DNA of 64,000 nucleotides from assembly GCF_009914755.1 (NCBI RefSeq), contig NC_060932.1, one strand, 5' to 3'. The position numbers and the translations under genes are program-made. Shown one piece after another: positions 1 to 12,800 of this stretch. The notes beneath the pieces are model-generated. The model saw nothing but the letters and a program-made list of their open reading frames with translations. It was not told the origin of the DNA and made no database searches. The number at the start of each line of letters is the position of its first letter. Within the stretch, counting starts at the first letter, position 1. The stretch is from the human T2T-CHM13v2.0 reference genome, Homo sapiens.

Positions 1-1620
1 TTTATGTTCCCATCAGCTGTGTACAAGGATTCTGACTTCACAACATTCTCAGTAATTCTTTTTTTGTTTAATTTTGGTAATAACCAGCCTGACAAGTGTT
101 AGATGGTATGTCATTGCAGCTTTGATTTACATTTCCCTGTTAAATAATGATGTTGAACATATTTTCAAATACCTGTTGACCATTTGTATGTGTTCTTTGG
201 AGAATTGAATTGTTGATTCAGTTCCCTTACCCACTTTTAAATAAGGTGATTATTAATAATATTAGATAAGGCTAATATTAATAATATTATTTTTGCTATG
301 CAATTGTAGAAGTTTTTTATATATTATAGAAATTATCTTCTTCTAAAATATCTGATTTGCAAATATTTTTTCCCGCAGTATACAATGCCATTTTTTCTGT
401 TTATTGTTTCCTTTCCTGTGCAGATGCTTTTTAGTTTGATGTAATCCCCATTCTCCATTTTTATTTTTGTTTCCTATGCCTTTCATGTCATATTCACTAA
501 ACCATTGTCAAGGCCAATGTTAAGAAGCTTTCCTCCTATGTTTTCTACTAGAAGTTTTACAGTTTCAGGTCTTACATTTAAGTCTTTAATTCATTTTGAG
601 CTGACATTTGTGTGCAGCGTTAAGTGTAAAAATTTATTTTTCTTGAATGTGAATGTCCTTTTTTTCCTGCACCATTTGTCAAAGAGGCTATTGTTTCCAG
701 CTGACAAAGGTGTATTCCTGGCACCTCTGTTAAAGATCAGACCACATATGGGTGGATTTATTTCTGGGTTTTCTATCCTGTTTCATTGGCCTATCTGTCT
801 ATGAAAATACCATATTGATTTAATTAGTGTAGCTTTGTAATCTATTTTGAAATCAGAAAGTGCAATGTTTCCAGCTTTGTTCTTCTTTTTCAAGATTACT
901 TTGGATATTTTACATCTTTTGTGGTTGCATTTGAATTTTAGAATTGTTTTTACTATTTCTTTATAAAACATCATTGATATTTTGATGGTGATATTATTGA
1001 ATCTGTAGATCAGTTTGGATAGAATGAACATTTTAACCATATTATATCTTCCAATCCATGAACATAAGCATTCTTTTTATTTATTTCAGTCTCTTTTCTT
1101 TTATCATTGTCTTGTAATATTCAGGTTACAAATATTTCGCTTCCTGGGTTAAGTTTATTCCTATTTGATTCTTTTTGATGCCATTATAAATGGGATTTTC
1201 TTAATTCATAGGGGTTGATCTGTTGTTAGAGTGTAAAAATACAACTAACTTTTGTATATTGATTTTGTATCCTGCAATTATACTGAATTTATTTATTAGT
1301 TCTTGCAGCTTTTTAGTAGAGTCTTTATGGTTTTTTATGCATATGTTCTTGTCATCTGCAAACAGGGACATGTTGAGGTACACTCCTTTTCTACCTGATT
1401 TATTGAGCATTTTTTGTCATAAAAGGGTGTCAAATTCTGTTAAATACTGCATCTACTGAGAGATCATGTGATTTTTTTATCATTCATTCTGTTAATCTAG
1501 TGTATCACATTTATTGATCTGCATTTGTTGAAACATGCTTGCATCTCAGAGATATTTATTAAGCTGTTGAATTGAATTTTTGAGTATTTTATTGAGTACT
1601 TTTGCACCTATGTTCCTCAT
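1..1620 (-). mobile_element. Old L1 (L1MA-like) ORF2 fragment with internal deletions
   Basis: Minus-strand ORFs resemble L1 ORF2p: 783-1040 VKMFILSKLIYRFN...AGNIALSDFKIDYKAT and 1201-1410 SLFADD...GYKINIQK (RT FADD motif). Confidence 0.92.
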
Positions 1621-1925
1621 ATCTTGAGACTAGTGAAAACAAAGCTTAAGGAACTTATGAGATGCATAAGTTGCAGCTTTGATTTACATTTCCCTGTTAA
1701 CTAATGATGTTGAACATCTTTTAATATGACTAGGATGCAGTCTCAAGGACATAGAAAAAGAAGAAACTAAGCTCAATGTTAACAGAAGGAAGTAAATAAT
1801 AAAGATTAGAGCAGAAATAAATGAGATAGAGACAAGGAAAACAATAGAAAAAAATCAGTAAAACCAAGAGTTGTTTTCTGAAAAATAAAAAGGACAAAAC
1901 TTTAGCTAGACTAACTGAGAAAATG
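1621..1925 (+). mobile_element. Inverted L1 ORF2 segment (5' inversion of the adjacent L1)
   Basis: Sense L1 ORF2 sequence (AAAGATTAGAGCAGAAATAAATGAGATAGAGAC...AAACCAAGAGTTG...CTTTAGCTAGACT) abutting the antisense L1. Confidence 0.8.
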
Positions 1926-2334
1926 AAATGGCATCTGTCTCTTGAAAGAAGCTTCAAGCTTTAGAAGAAAGAAGCAAGCAAAAGATATAGAAAGCTGCTC
2001 TTTATTCCCTTAAGTGACCATCATGGATTATGAAATGTTTGTCATTTGTCTTCCCTCAAAGTTTGCTTCCCCTCCAAAGAAGGGATGCTATTTTCAAGAA
2101 GTAAAGAACAATGGGAAGAAATAAAACAGAACAGTGTGACTATTATTATGACTATTATTAAATGAACATTAGCCAGGGGCATGTCTGTCCTTTCAAGAGA
2201 TAAGTTCCTCCTCAATCCATAAAAAACACTCTTTTCCTTCTCGGAGCATGTTTCTTACTCTTACAAGTAAGTATTTAGTATGGTGTGTTATCTCCTCATG
2301 CTAACCTTTGGACATGACAAATTATACATTCAAA

Positions 2335-2520
2335 TGTATGTGTGCATGTATGTATACATCTATGTTTACAAACAAATACATATTTATGTATTTAGCTTTG
2401 TGTATTTAAATACACAGATACACATACGCATATATGAATAAATACACATATATATGTATAAATGTGTACACATACACACATTCATGTATGTGTGTATAAA
2501 ATTTATGTTCAAATATCTGT
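2335..2520. repeat. Degenerate (TA/TG/CA)n low-complexity tract
   Basis: Runs such as tatgtgtgcatgtatgtatacat and tacacatacacaca. Confidence 0.75.
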
Positions 2521-4972
2521 GTGCATTCCTTTGTATACTTGACACATACCAGTATAGAACTGTCATTGTATTATTTTGCCAAAGAAAGACATATATAAAA
2601 TAAAACAAAATGAAAACAACTGTAATCTAATTTCAATGTTAATCCATAGATACAAAGATTATTTTTAATCTCAGAAGAGAAACATATACTTTCAAAATCA
2701 AACATACATGCAAACACTCTAGTACTATATTTAGATTTCTGAGATGATCCGCACTATGCTTATCTTTGTGTTGCCCATTTGCCTAAAGTCTGATACAAAT
2801 GTCACCACAAATTGGCCATGTTCAAGGAGCCTCAGCTCTGTGGAAGGAAACTTGAGCAGCCTCTACCTCCGCAAGTTTAATAGCTTCTTCCTCTTTCAGG
2901 TGCTTCCCATTTCTACAGCCGGTTTACTGCGGTCTCCTCATGAACATGTTGTCATCACGCCCAGTGTAACTGCTCCCTCCCTGCAGGAGTTTACTCTGCT
3001 ACATGGATAAGCTAACAAAGGCTCATCTGGAACTACAGGGTTACATCTCTAGTGTCATTGTATGACACAGGTATCCTTTTCTCACTCAATGGGAATTCTT
3101 TGAGTACAAGGACTTTGAGTTTCTATCTTTGTATTCTGCACTGTGCTTAACATAAAATTTAGAACAGAGTGGGTATTTCATTGGCATGTTAATAAATGAG
3201 TGAGTAGAAGAGGTAAACCTAAAAAGCACACGCTAAGCTAGTTTTACTTAGTTAAGCCTTTAATAATTTATCCATATCTAATTTATCATTTTCTTGTCAA
3301 ATGTGGTCATGTTTTGTTTTAATTAACCTTTTTAGCTTAATTATGAACAAACTTGAAAGTAATTTAATGAACTTCGTTAGTATCTACCACTCAATTTGCT
3401 AATGCTGATGTCTCTGGTTTTTCTAATATATGATATTTACAGTCAGAAGCAATACTTAGTCCACAGGAATTAGTTTCTCATGAAAACACCTGCGATAGAA
3501 AGGAAGGTTGATCAAAATAAACACAAACTTAGAATTTGTATTGAGGCTTAAACTAAATGTGAACTTCTCAATGTCCTTTCCCTACGGTTTATAGTTGCTC
3601 AGATTTTGACTTAGGCAAATATATTTGTTTCAAATGATCAAATTTCAGTTAAATTGACTTAGTGAAATTTCCAGGCTGTTTTGGTTAGAGAGGAGGTAGT
3701 GCAACTTTACTTGGGATTTATTTTTCATAATATAAGAGCATATTGGTTGGTATTCATTAGCATTAATGAGTCAACAGAGATGAGTGAAAGAAATTGGCTG
3801 ATTCTGAAGCCTTTAGGAGAGGAGCTCCTTGGGAACAAGGCACCCGTCTCAGAAGTAATGAATGATGAATGGATTCACAGATACTGGTTTTCTGTCTACT
3901 TCCTGTTCTCCCTTTAAAATAAATTTAAAAATATATAGACAGACAGGCAGACATAAAGAACTACTCAAACAAGTTAGGAACTTTACAGTGTTTGTTATTA
4001 AAGCCCGTATGGTCTTGTGTGTGTAGAACTGAGCAATAAGGGAATCCCAGCTAGCAATGGGATTAGAGCATTTGGATGGGCATCTATTTCTAAGGAACAT
4101 TCAGGGCTAAAAATCTGTAAAAGTCAGTGAAAGCATGTACATTTGATACCACTTTCTTTTCTTTAAATTGAAAAACTGGTGTTGTGTTAAGTCCTCAGAG
4201 CTTAACTCTGTGCTCCTTGGATGGTTTGCTTTTACGCAAATGGGGTGAATCTCCTTCCAAGGAGCTAGCACCAAGGCACAATGTCCTGGAATGGGGTGGA
4301 GAAATGCACAGCTGTTTTCCTTTGTAGCTGGAAACTAGCATGGAAGCAGGGAAATAATTCAAGGCAGGACAAAGGGAGAAGGAAAGCCTTAGGTTTCTGC
4401 AGGTCTGTGGAAGGTAGGAAACAGGAGACAAAGACAAATCATAAAGATCAGAGTGTAAGAAGAAATGACTTATGCAGTCAGCAAGGAAGGTCCTTTTTAC
4501 TGGAGATAGTGGCTTGAATAGGGAGCTACTTAGCCTTATAAAAAGGCCAACTCCTATCCCTGGTCATCATTTGCCGTAATGTGCCCTTAGCAAATATTTG
4601 CTGAATTGAATTGAACCTCAAGAGTCACTGAGAAAAACGATAGCTCAATTTGCAAACTAGATATATTATACTCATAGCATTTTGGTTTCATAATTATTTT
4701 TCCTATTGAAAGACAGAGGAAAATGAGACCAAGTTCATTTTGCTTAAAGTCTCACAGTGAACCAGTCTCTCAGTCATGCTCAGAATCTGCTTTTTGCTTA
4801 CTCTAAAACCTGCGCCTGCTTCCCTGTGCCGTGTCTCCTTCATAGATTAGGAAGGAAGGAAGCATGAGTCTAAGACTACATAAAATGAATGGAAATGAAA
4901 GGGAAAGGAAAGCAGGAAAAGATTAAGAAAATTATATTGTCCATTAGCAGAGAAGAGTGACTTTAGCAACAA

Positions 4973-5107
4973 GGTAGAGGACTTAAACTGTTCTCAACAC
5001 ATGATAAATTCTGAAACCCCGACTTGATCATTGCACATTCTATGCATGTAAAAAAATCTCACATACCCTATAAATATGTAAAATATTATGTATCAATTAA
5101 AAATAAG
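4973..5107 (+). mobile_element. L1MA 3' end fragment
   Basis: GACTTGATCATTGCACATTCTATGCATGTA...CACATACCCTATAAATATGTA...TATGTATCAATTAAAAATAA is typical of L1MA 3' UTR ends. Confidence 0.75.
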
Positions 5108-5364
5108 ATTCAAGTTAAGGAAACCTAAATGTGTTGGGGGTGAGTCGGGGCTGAACAGAGCTTTCCATTCCAGTTTCTGGGAAATGGTAGCTTGGCCATG
5201 AGTCTTCAAATTCTGTAATTTGAATGTAGAAGGGAAAATGGAAAGTAGTCTCATTATCTGGAGAAGATACTCTACTCTCCCTGGACTGAATTTAAGTTAT
5301 CTAACCTCAAGGTACTCAAAAGGGCTGTGGGAGTCTACCCCATAGTTAGCAAACAGTAGATACA

Positions 5365-5600
5365 AAAGTGAGGATCTGTAATTTGGGGTCAAACAGATTT
5401 GAGCTCAAGTCTCGGCTCTAATCCTTATTACTGAAAGGAAACAAAACACATTTAAACATCCCCTGAGACTCAGTTGGAAAATAAATAAAATAAGAGTAAT
5501 TTCTTTCTCAAAGAGTTACTGTAATGATTCAACTAGCTAATGCATATTAGTTGACCTAGTATAATATCTGGTGCATTGCAAGCTCTCAATATATTAATTT
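5365..5600 (+). mobile_element. MIR SINE
   Basis: ggggtcaaacagatttgagctcaagtctcggctct...ccctgagactcagtt core and gagttactgtaatgattcaa. Confidence 0.65.
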
Positions 5601-5812
5601 CCCTACTCTTTTTTTTTTAAACAAAATGATGTGATTCCAACTTCAGTGCACTTCACACTACACTCTCAGCCCTTTCAAAGTTTCTAAGGTAGAACTCATA
5701 AGCCAAATATTTGATTGATAGGAAAATAAGAGAGATCATCTAGATCCAGATCTTGACAAAGTTGGTAAGTGAGCAAAGATCGATTTCAGTATAACAGAAT
5801 GCCTTCCATTAA

Positions 5813-6140
5813 TTTTTTTTTTTTTTTGAGACAGGGTCTCACTCTGTTACCCAGGCTGGCATGCTGTGGCATGGTTACGGCTCACTGTAGCCTTGATCTC
5901 CTGGGCTCAAGGGATACTCCCACCTCAGATCCTCAAGTAGCTAAAACTACAGGCATGTGTCACCACACCTGGCTATTTTTTATTTTTTTGTAGAAACGGG
6001 GGCTCACTATGTTCTCCAGGCTGGAATGAAGTGGCCTGATCTTGGCTCACTAAAGTCTCCACCTTCTGGGCTCAAGGGATCCTCCCACCTCAATCTCCCA
6101 AAGTGCTGGGATTACATGCATGAGGCATTATGCCCAGTCC
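5813..6140 (-). mobile_element. AluJ with a right-arm-type tract inside its left arm
   Basis: Poly-T, gagacagggtctcactctg, ctgggctcaag (J diagnostic), ccaaagtgctgggattaca. Confidence 0.92.
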
Positions 6141-8043
6141 ATGAATTAATTTTTCTATCAAAGCCACCTTCTCTAATAAACTCATTGACAAAATCATTAA
6201 GGAACTTACTTCTATCAGGCTCTGTCTAAACTTATACCCAATGGAAACTACTGGAAAGACAGGATTTACATTTACAGATTTAGGTTCTACATGCCTTAAT
6301 TTTTATTGTTAGCATACACAATTATTTCTGTAATTACCATCCTTTTTATCCTATCTATCTCTGTGGAAATAAAGGCTCTGTCCACTGTTAAATATTTTTA
6401 AATATCATCAAATAAACTGGGGAACTTGTAGAATATGGGCAGAATACTTTCAAGAGTCCTGATAATTACGACATGCAGGGGTTGTTCACATGACAATACA
6501 AAATGCCAACCCCACTCTGAGCAAATGGATTTCCTTTCTGTACAGCTCTCTGTACCAGTTCTTGGCCTGAGGCTGAGAAATTCTTAGGATGATAATGAGT
6601 ATAGCAATAATAGTGCTTCAGATATCCCATTCCAATGAAAGGAATACGTTTTCTATTTTAAACGAGGAAAATGACACCTCCCATACTTCTCTTACAAATT
6701 GATATTGAATAATGAATGTAATAGCATTCTATACAGCTGGATGTATTACAATGTACACATAAAGAATGTGCTGTTTCTCAGTGGTGCTATTAATCTTCCT
6801 TCTATACCACTTATAGTTCTTGGGCATCTGATTAACAATGACCTCCTTATATGTTTATTGGGGGATAGATAGAGGTTAGGTATAATTGTATATCTAGTTA
6901 GTTTTATCACTGCTTGATTAACCGGCTATATGACTTTGCATTAGGAATCTCAATAATACTGACTTAATATTGAGAAGGGTGGCAATCCTCATGGGAGCTG
7001 GTCAAAACTGGAGAGACAAGATAACTCACTTGTAAAAGCATATTGAATATACATATTATTTTTATAAAGCAACTGGAATAATGTAAGACTTCGCAAAATC
7101 TTCCTGAGAGATGGGCAAGTATAAAATATAGAGAGCTAAATCATATTGAGGATGGGGATTAAAAGGGGTTGAAATATACTATATGCAATGATCTTTATAA
7201 AACACTACATTCAATAATCTTGAGACTCCATGATAGCTTTCATTTATTCACTCATTAAACAAATAATTATTGAACTTCTATTGTGTTCTCATTGTTGTGT
7301 ACCCCAATAATTAATGTTCTATATTACATTTATTGGCTTAGTTTAAACCTAATTTCCCACCCTTGTCATTCTGGGGCTCTTATGAACAAGTTATTGTGTC
7401 TTTCTCTGCGGAGATGACTCATTCTCATGAAGAATGGGCTCCAGAGTGGCTCCTGAGCTGATCATGATGCACTGAGTGGCTGGATGATTGATACGTTTTA
7501 TAAATAGAATGTTGGAAACAAAATATGGGAATAGGAAGAGCCAAATATTTTTAAAAAGCTGTGAAAATAACCATTCCAATGTATGCAAATTGCTTAATTA
7601 ATTGACCTCATTTGTGCTTGCAGATATCCTTTGCCTTTCCCTTTGTGAATTGGTTTCTTTTCATTGCTCTCCAAAACAATATTCCAAGGCTAATTAAACC
7701 TTTTCAAGCTATAGGTTAATATTCCATTCATATGTAAACACATTTATAAACATTAATCCAATCCAAATTGCTTATTTTATAAATATTGTTTTATTCATTT
7801 TCAACTAATACATGTGTTTTCTGCATTTATTCAATGTTAGTCTTGAGTTTATGTTTGAGGTGATGATAGCTTTTTAAATAGCAACCTAGTGTTTACTTCC
7901 AAGTCAATTATGATATTGTCTTGTTCCTAATTGTTTCTTTAAAGACTTAGTGCAAAGGCTTCATTTGAAGTGTTGGTGGGGTGTGTAAAATATAATGATG
8001 ATTATCAGGGAATCAGAGAACTATCTCATCTCAGAGAATTTGC

Positions 8044-8276
8044 TTTTTTTTTTTTTTTTTTTTTTTGAGACGGAGTCTCGCTCTGTAGTCCAGGCTGGAG
8101 TGCAAGTGTGCAGTGGCTCGGCTCACTGCAAGCTCCGCCTCTCTGGTTCATGCCATTCTCCTGCCTCAGCCTCCTGAGTAGCTGGGACTACAGGCGCCCG
8201 CCACTACGCCTGGCTAATTTTTTGTATTTTTAGTAGAGATGGGGTTTCACCGTGTTAGCCAGGGTGGTCTCGATCT
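8044..8276 (-). mobile_element. 5'-truncated AluY
   Basis: ctgcaagctccgcc, tgccattctc and cgtgttagccagg diagnostics; TSD ATTTGCTTTT at 8038 and 8279. Confidence 0.93.
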
Positions 8277-8578
8277 GCATTTGCTTTTAAAAACACGTCA
8301 AAGGCAAGACTTGCTGCCTGTCCAGGCTAGACCTTGTGGAAGAAAGAATCATAGTGGAGTCAACACAATCTCAGATCTAGTCTTAGCTTGAAAATTCATT
8401 TGTCCATTCATTAATTAAATGGCTAATTGATGTGTTTGTATATATATATCCATCCAGCTATTCAAATATTAATTCACTAAATAAATATCTGCTAAATGTT
8501 CTTCTGCATAAAAAACTTGAAAAATGTTTGAGCCACTGCAAATTCCTGGTTTGCATCATAAATTCACTGAATGTGATA

Positions 8579-8579
<1 letters not shown>

Positions 8580-8612
<33 letters not shown>

Positions 8613-8702
8613 TTTTAATAAACTCCCAAAGTAAGTATTATGTACATCAAAATTCAATTGCTTTTGTTTTGCATATATATATATATATATACACACACAC
8701 AC
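8580..8702. repeat. (CA)n and (TA)n(CA)n microsatellites
   Basis: About 15 CA units at 8580-8610; TA/CA run at about 8673-8702. Confidence 0.9.
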
Positions 8703-8714
8703 GTATATTATGTA

Positions 8715-8930
8715 CACACTTTGTGCTAAGCACCAGAATAGGTATTAGGCACGAGCAGTGTGATTGTGAATGAGGCAGACACTTCTTCCTTAAGACATTA
8801 ATACTTAAAATTAAACACAGTGAGTACCATGATAGGGAACATATAAGGTGTTATGGGACCATAATCTGAGATCCTAAAGTAGGGGAAGAGTCAGGAAAGG
8901 CTTCTCCAAGAATTTCAGTTTTAAGTTTAC
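8715..8930 (-). mobile_element. L2 fragment
   Basis: tgtgctaagcaccag...gtcaggaaaggcttctccaag resembles the L2 3' region. Confidence 0.55.
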
Positions 8931-9319
8931 ATATAATGTTAACTACCATGCTCACCCTCTACAGCCAATGGGGGCTTGCATTTATAGGAGATGGAACCTA
9001 GAACCCATGGGGATTGGTTTCATAGGAACTTGGCAGAGCCACCTGAAGCCGTAGCTCCTTGATGTTGGACTTGGAGGCATCATAGCATGGTAGCAGATCA
9101 AGGCAGGAAGCTACAGCAGGCAGGAGAGGAAAATGGGGGGCATACAGTATGGGGGGCATCCTAAATGATAAGCACATGGTATGTGGTCATTGAGGTTCAT
9201 GCCTGAAAGTACACATAAAGCAATTTTGGAGGGACTCCAGCAATGGGAAAGTGATGAGAAACCTTGAAGTGAGGGCAGATCCAAATAATTCTATTTAGTG
9301 GTCTATAACATAACAATAA

Positions 9320-9331
9320 GTGTGGGTGTGT

Positions 9332-9365
<34 letters not shown>
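9320..9365. repeat. (TG)n(AG)n compound microsatellite
   Basis: Read directly. Confidence 0.9.
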
Positions 9366-9864
9366 AACATTCCAGTGTCATAATCATCCAAGCATTTCAT
9401 GCAATGTTGTGCTGAATGCAAAACGAGTTGAATAATTCAGGGTTCTATAAAACAGAAAATTCTCATTGTAATTTCTGGTTTGTGATTGAAAGTGCCATGT
9501 TAGAGGTGTGACTTGCATTAATAGATGGATGATGGGGGCAGATTAGTGTCCCTGGATTCTTATGGACTTGGCCATGAGATACCTAGGACCCTACCCAGGC
9601 TTGTGAGGCAGTGAGAGATCAAATAAAACAAGAGGGGTATTTAAGATTCACTTTCAAGGAAGGTCTGTCCTCACAGGGACATTCTGTGATTCAGATACAA
9701 TGATTCTGGCTGGATCTGCAACACTTACTGCTGATATTTTTGTTGAGGAAGTGTGGGCAGAAGGTCCATGGAAAGAAAATTATGGTGAGTTTGGTTGGGG
9801 GCAGGAGGAGCATCAATTTCTTATATAGTCTTTAAAGGTACATAAATGTTCTAACCTTTCTCAA

Positions 9865-12800
9865 TAACACACTGTGTAAACTACTATAGGTTTGTATTAA
9901 TAGTAGGTGTTGAAATTGGGTAATGTGAGTCCTCCAAATATTTTCTCTTTCAAAATTATTTCGGTTCTATTTGTTTCCATGCTATTCATATAAATTTTAG
10001 AATCAGTTTAAGTATGAGATTATAATTGGGATCACATTAATTCTATAGAGGAATTTGAAGAAAATTAACAGAATGACATTTAATCTTACCATCCATGAAA
10101 CAATATCTCTCCTCATTATTCAGATCATCTTTAGTTTATTTCTTTAGTGATTTGTAGTTCTTAGGATAAGATTCTACATATTTTTTGTCAGGTATACATC
10201 TAGATATTTTCTTTTTGGATGCTATCATGAATGGTGATTCAAACAATTTTTAATTTCCAGGTATTTATTGCTAGTATATGGAAATACAATTGATATTTTA
10301 TATTGTATGTAAAGTTTATACCTTTTAAACTGTGACCTTGTAAACTTATTCATTAATTCAAGAAGCCATTTGGTAGATTCCTTGGGATTTTTCTACATAG
10401 ACGATTATGACTTCCATAAACAAAGACAATTTGATTTCTGCCCCTTCCCCACAATTTGTATGCTTTTCATTTTTTGTAATCTTACTGTACTAGGTAGATT
10501 ACATAGTGTGATATTAAATAGCACATCCCTTATTCTCGTGTATAGGAGAAGAAAATTATGCAGTATTTCACCGTTAGGTATGATATTAGTTGTAGAATGA
10601 TATTAGTTGTAAAGCTCATTTGGTTGTGCTGGATTATTCACTTTATATATTGTTGAACTCAACTTACTAATATTTTGTTGAGAATTTTGCATGAATGCTC
10701 ATGAAATGTTTTGGTCTGTATTTTTCTTTTCTTGTAATCTTTTCATGCAGGTTCAGTATCACTATGTAGCTGCCCTCCTAGAATGAGTTGGAATGTATTC
10801 CCTCCTATTGTCTTTTCTGGAACAAATTGTCTGTAATAGATTCTATTTCTTTTCTGATGTTTGGTTGAATTTACCAGTAAAATTATCTGGACCTGAAGTT
10901 TTGTGTTGTTGTTGTTGTTGTTAGAAAGTTTTAAACTATTAATTTAAATTCTATAAGAAATATATGACTATTTGGATTGTCTGTTTCTTCTTGAGTGAGT
11001 TTGGTAGTTAATATCTTTCATATTAATATTTGATGATGGGCATAGCATTGTTTACAGCATTCTCATATTAAAATTTATCAAGTTTATCAATCTTATCAAA
11101 GAACAATCTCTTTATTTTTTCTCTTGATAAACTGTTTCCCATTTTTATTTATTTTTAAATCTTTATTATTTTCTGTTTTGCGAGTTTTTTATTTAGTTTC
11201 CTCTATCAGGCTTCTTAAGGTAAAAATGTAGATTTTTGATTTAAGATGTTTGTCTTTTTCTATAAGTTTCTCTAAATGTTGGTTTAGCTGCCTTCCACAA
11301 ATTTAATCAATTAATTACTTAATGTTTTTATTTTTGGCATTGGTTTTTTGAAAGACTTTTAAAATAAGCCTTATGCTTCATTTTAAAGGCTATTTTGTAA
11401 TGATTATCACACATTTTGATATGTTTCATTTCATTCAGTTTCAAATAATGTATACTTTATTTGAAACTTATTTATTGAATCATAACATATTTTAATAGTA
11501 TGATGTTTAATTTCCAAATATCTAGGGGTTTTCCAGCTATCTTTATTTTATTAATCTCTAGTTTCTTCCCTTATGGTCAGAGAGTATGCTTTATAAATTA
11601 CATCACTTCATTTTATTTAACAAAATTAACGTACGTTTTGTGACTCATTATATATGGTCTATGTTCGTGATACTCCATGTGAACTTCAAAGAATGCATAT
11701 TCTGCTGTTGTTGGATAGAGTGTTCTATAAATATTGATGAGGTCAATTGGTAATGTAACTTTGGGCTTCTATAGTTTTATCAATTTTCCATTTATTTGTT
11801 CTATCAAATATACATACATGTATATGTATGTATGACTAGATAGCTATTTCAGCCCTGAATTCACCATTAAGTAAAATAAGCATTTGTTTAAGACATTAAG
11901 GGAGGCAAACCATACAATTTTATTTCCCCTGGTTATAATGCTGTTAACTCTTTCATTGCCACAGTCAACTTTAGTCTTTTTTTTTTTTTTTTTTTTTTTT
12001 TGGCAAAGGTCTTTATCTGCCTTATTCAACTTTAAATTGCACGGTTAAACACATTTTTTTTTTTTTGGACATGGTGAGAGCTTAAAGTTTACAACTTTCG
12101 TTTGAAAGTGGCATGTTGTATCACATTTGTTTCTCATTTATCTCAGGAGAGTTTCACTTCCATTGAATGTAAACATAGTCACCTGGGCCAGTCTATAAAT
12201 AAATTATCAGCTGATTTGTGTAACAAACACCAAAGTCCTTTATGTTATTCAATGGAATGTCCAACGTCCATCATTGTTGTTCTATGTTAGGGCATCAGTT
12301 GGTCCTAATTTGTCCCTGATAAGTCTCAAACTATTTTTGTATATTTGTCCATTTCTCCATTTAGTACTATCGGTCTTTGCTCCATGCAGTTTGAAACTCT
12401 GAGGTTAGATTCCAGCACCTTTAGTATTGTTATGTCTTCTTGGTGTTATGGGTTGAATTGTTTCCCTCCAAGTTCATACTCACATTCATAAGGACTATTT
12501 GAAGATAGGATTGTTGTAGGTGTAGTTAGTTAAGATGAGGCCATACAAAGGTAGGGTGAACTTCCATTCCAATATGACTAAAGTCCTTACAAAAAGGAGA
12601 AGTTAGTACACAGGTATGCATGCAAGTAGAATACTATGTGAAGATGATGACAGAGGTTAGGGTGATGCTTCTTACAAGCCAGATTCTTATGGACTTGGCC
12701 ATGAGATACCTAGGACCCTATCCAGACTTGTGAGGAGGTGAGAGATCAAGTAAGATGAGACAGCCATTTAAGATTCACTTTCAAGGAAGGCCTGTCCTTA

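Noticed and set aside
783-1410. Reverse-transcriptase-like ORFs
   Set aside because: Fragmented, stop-ridden fossil L1 ORF2, not a functional CDS.
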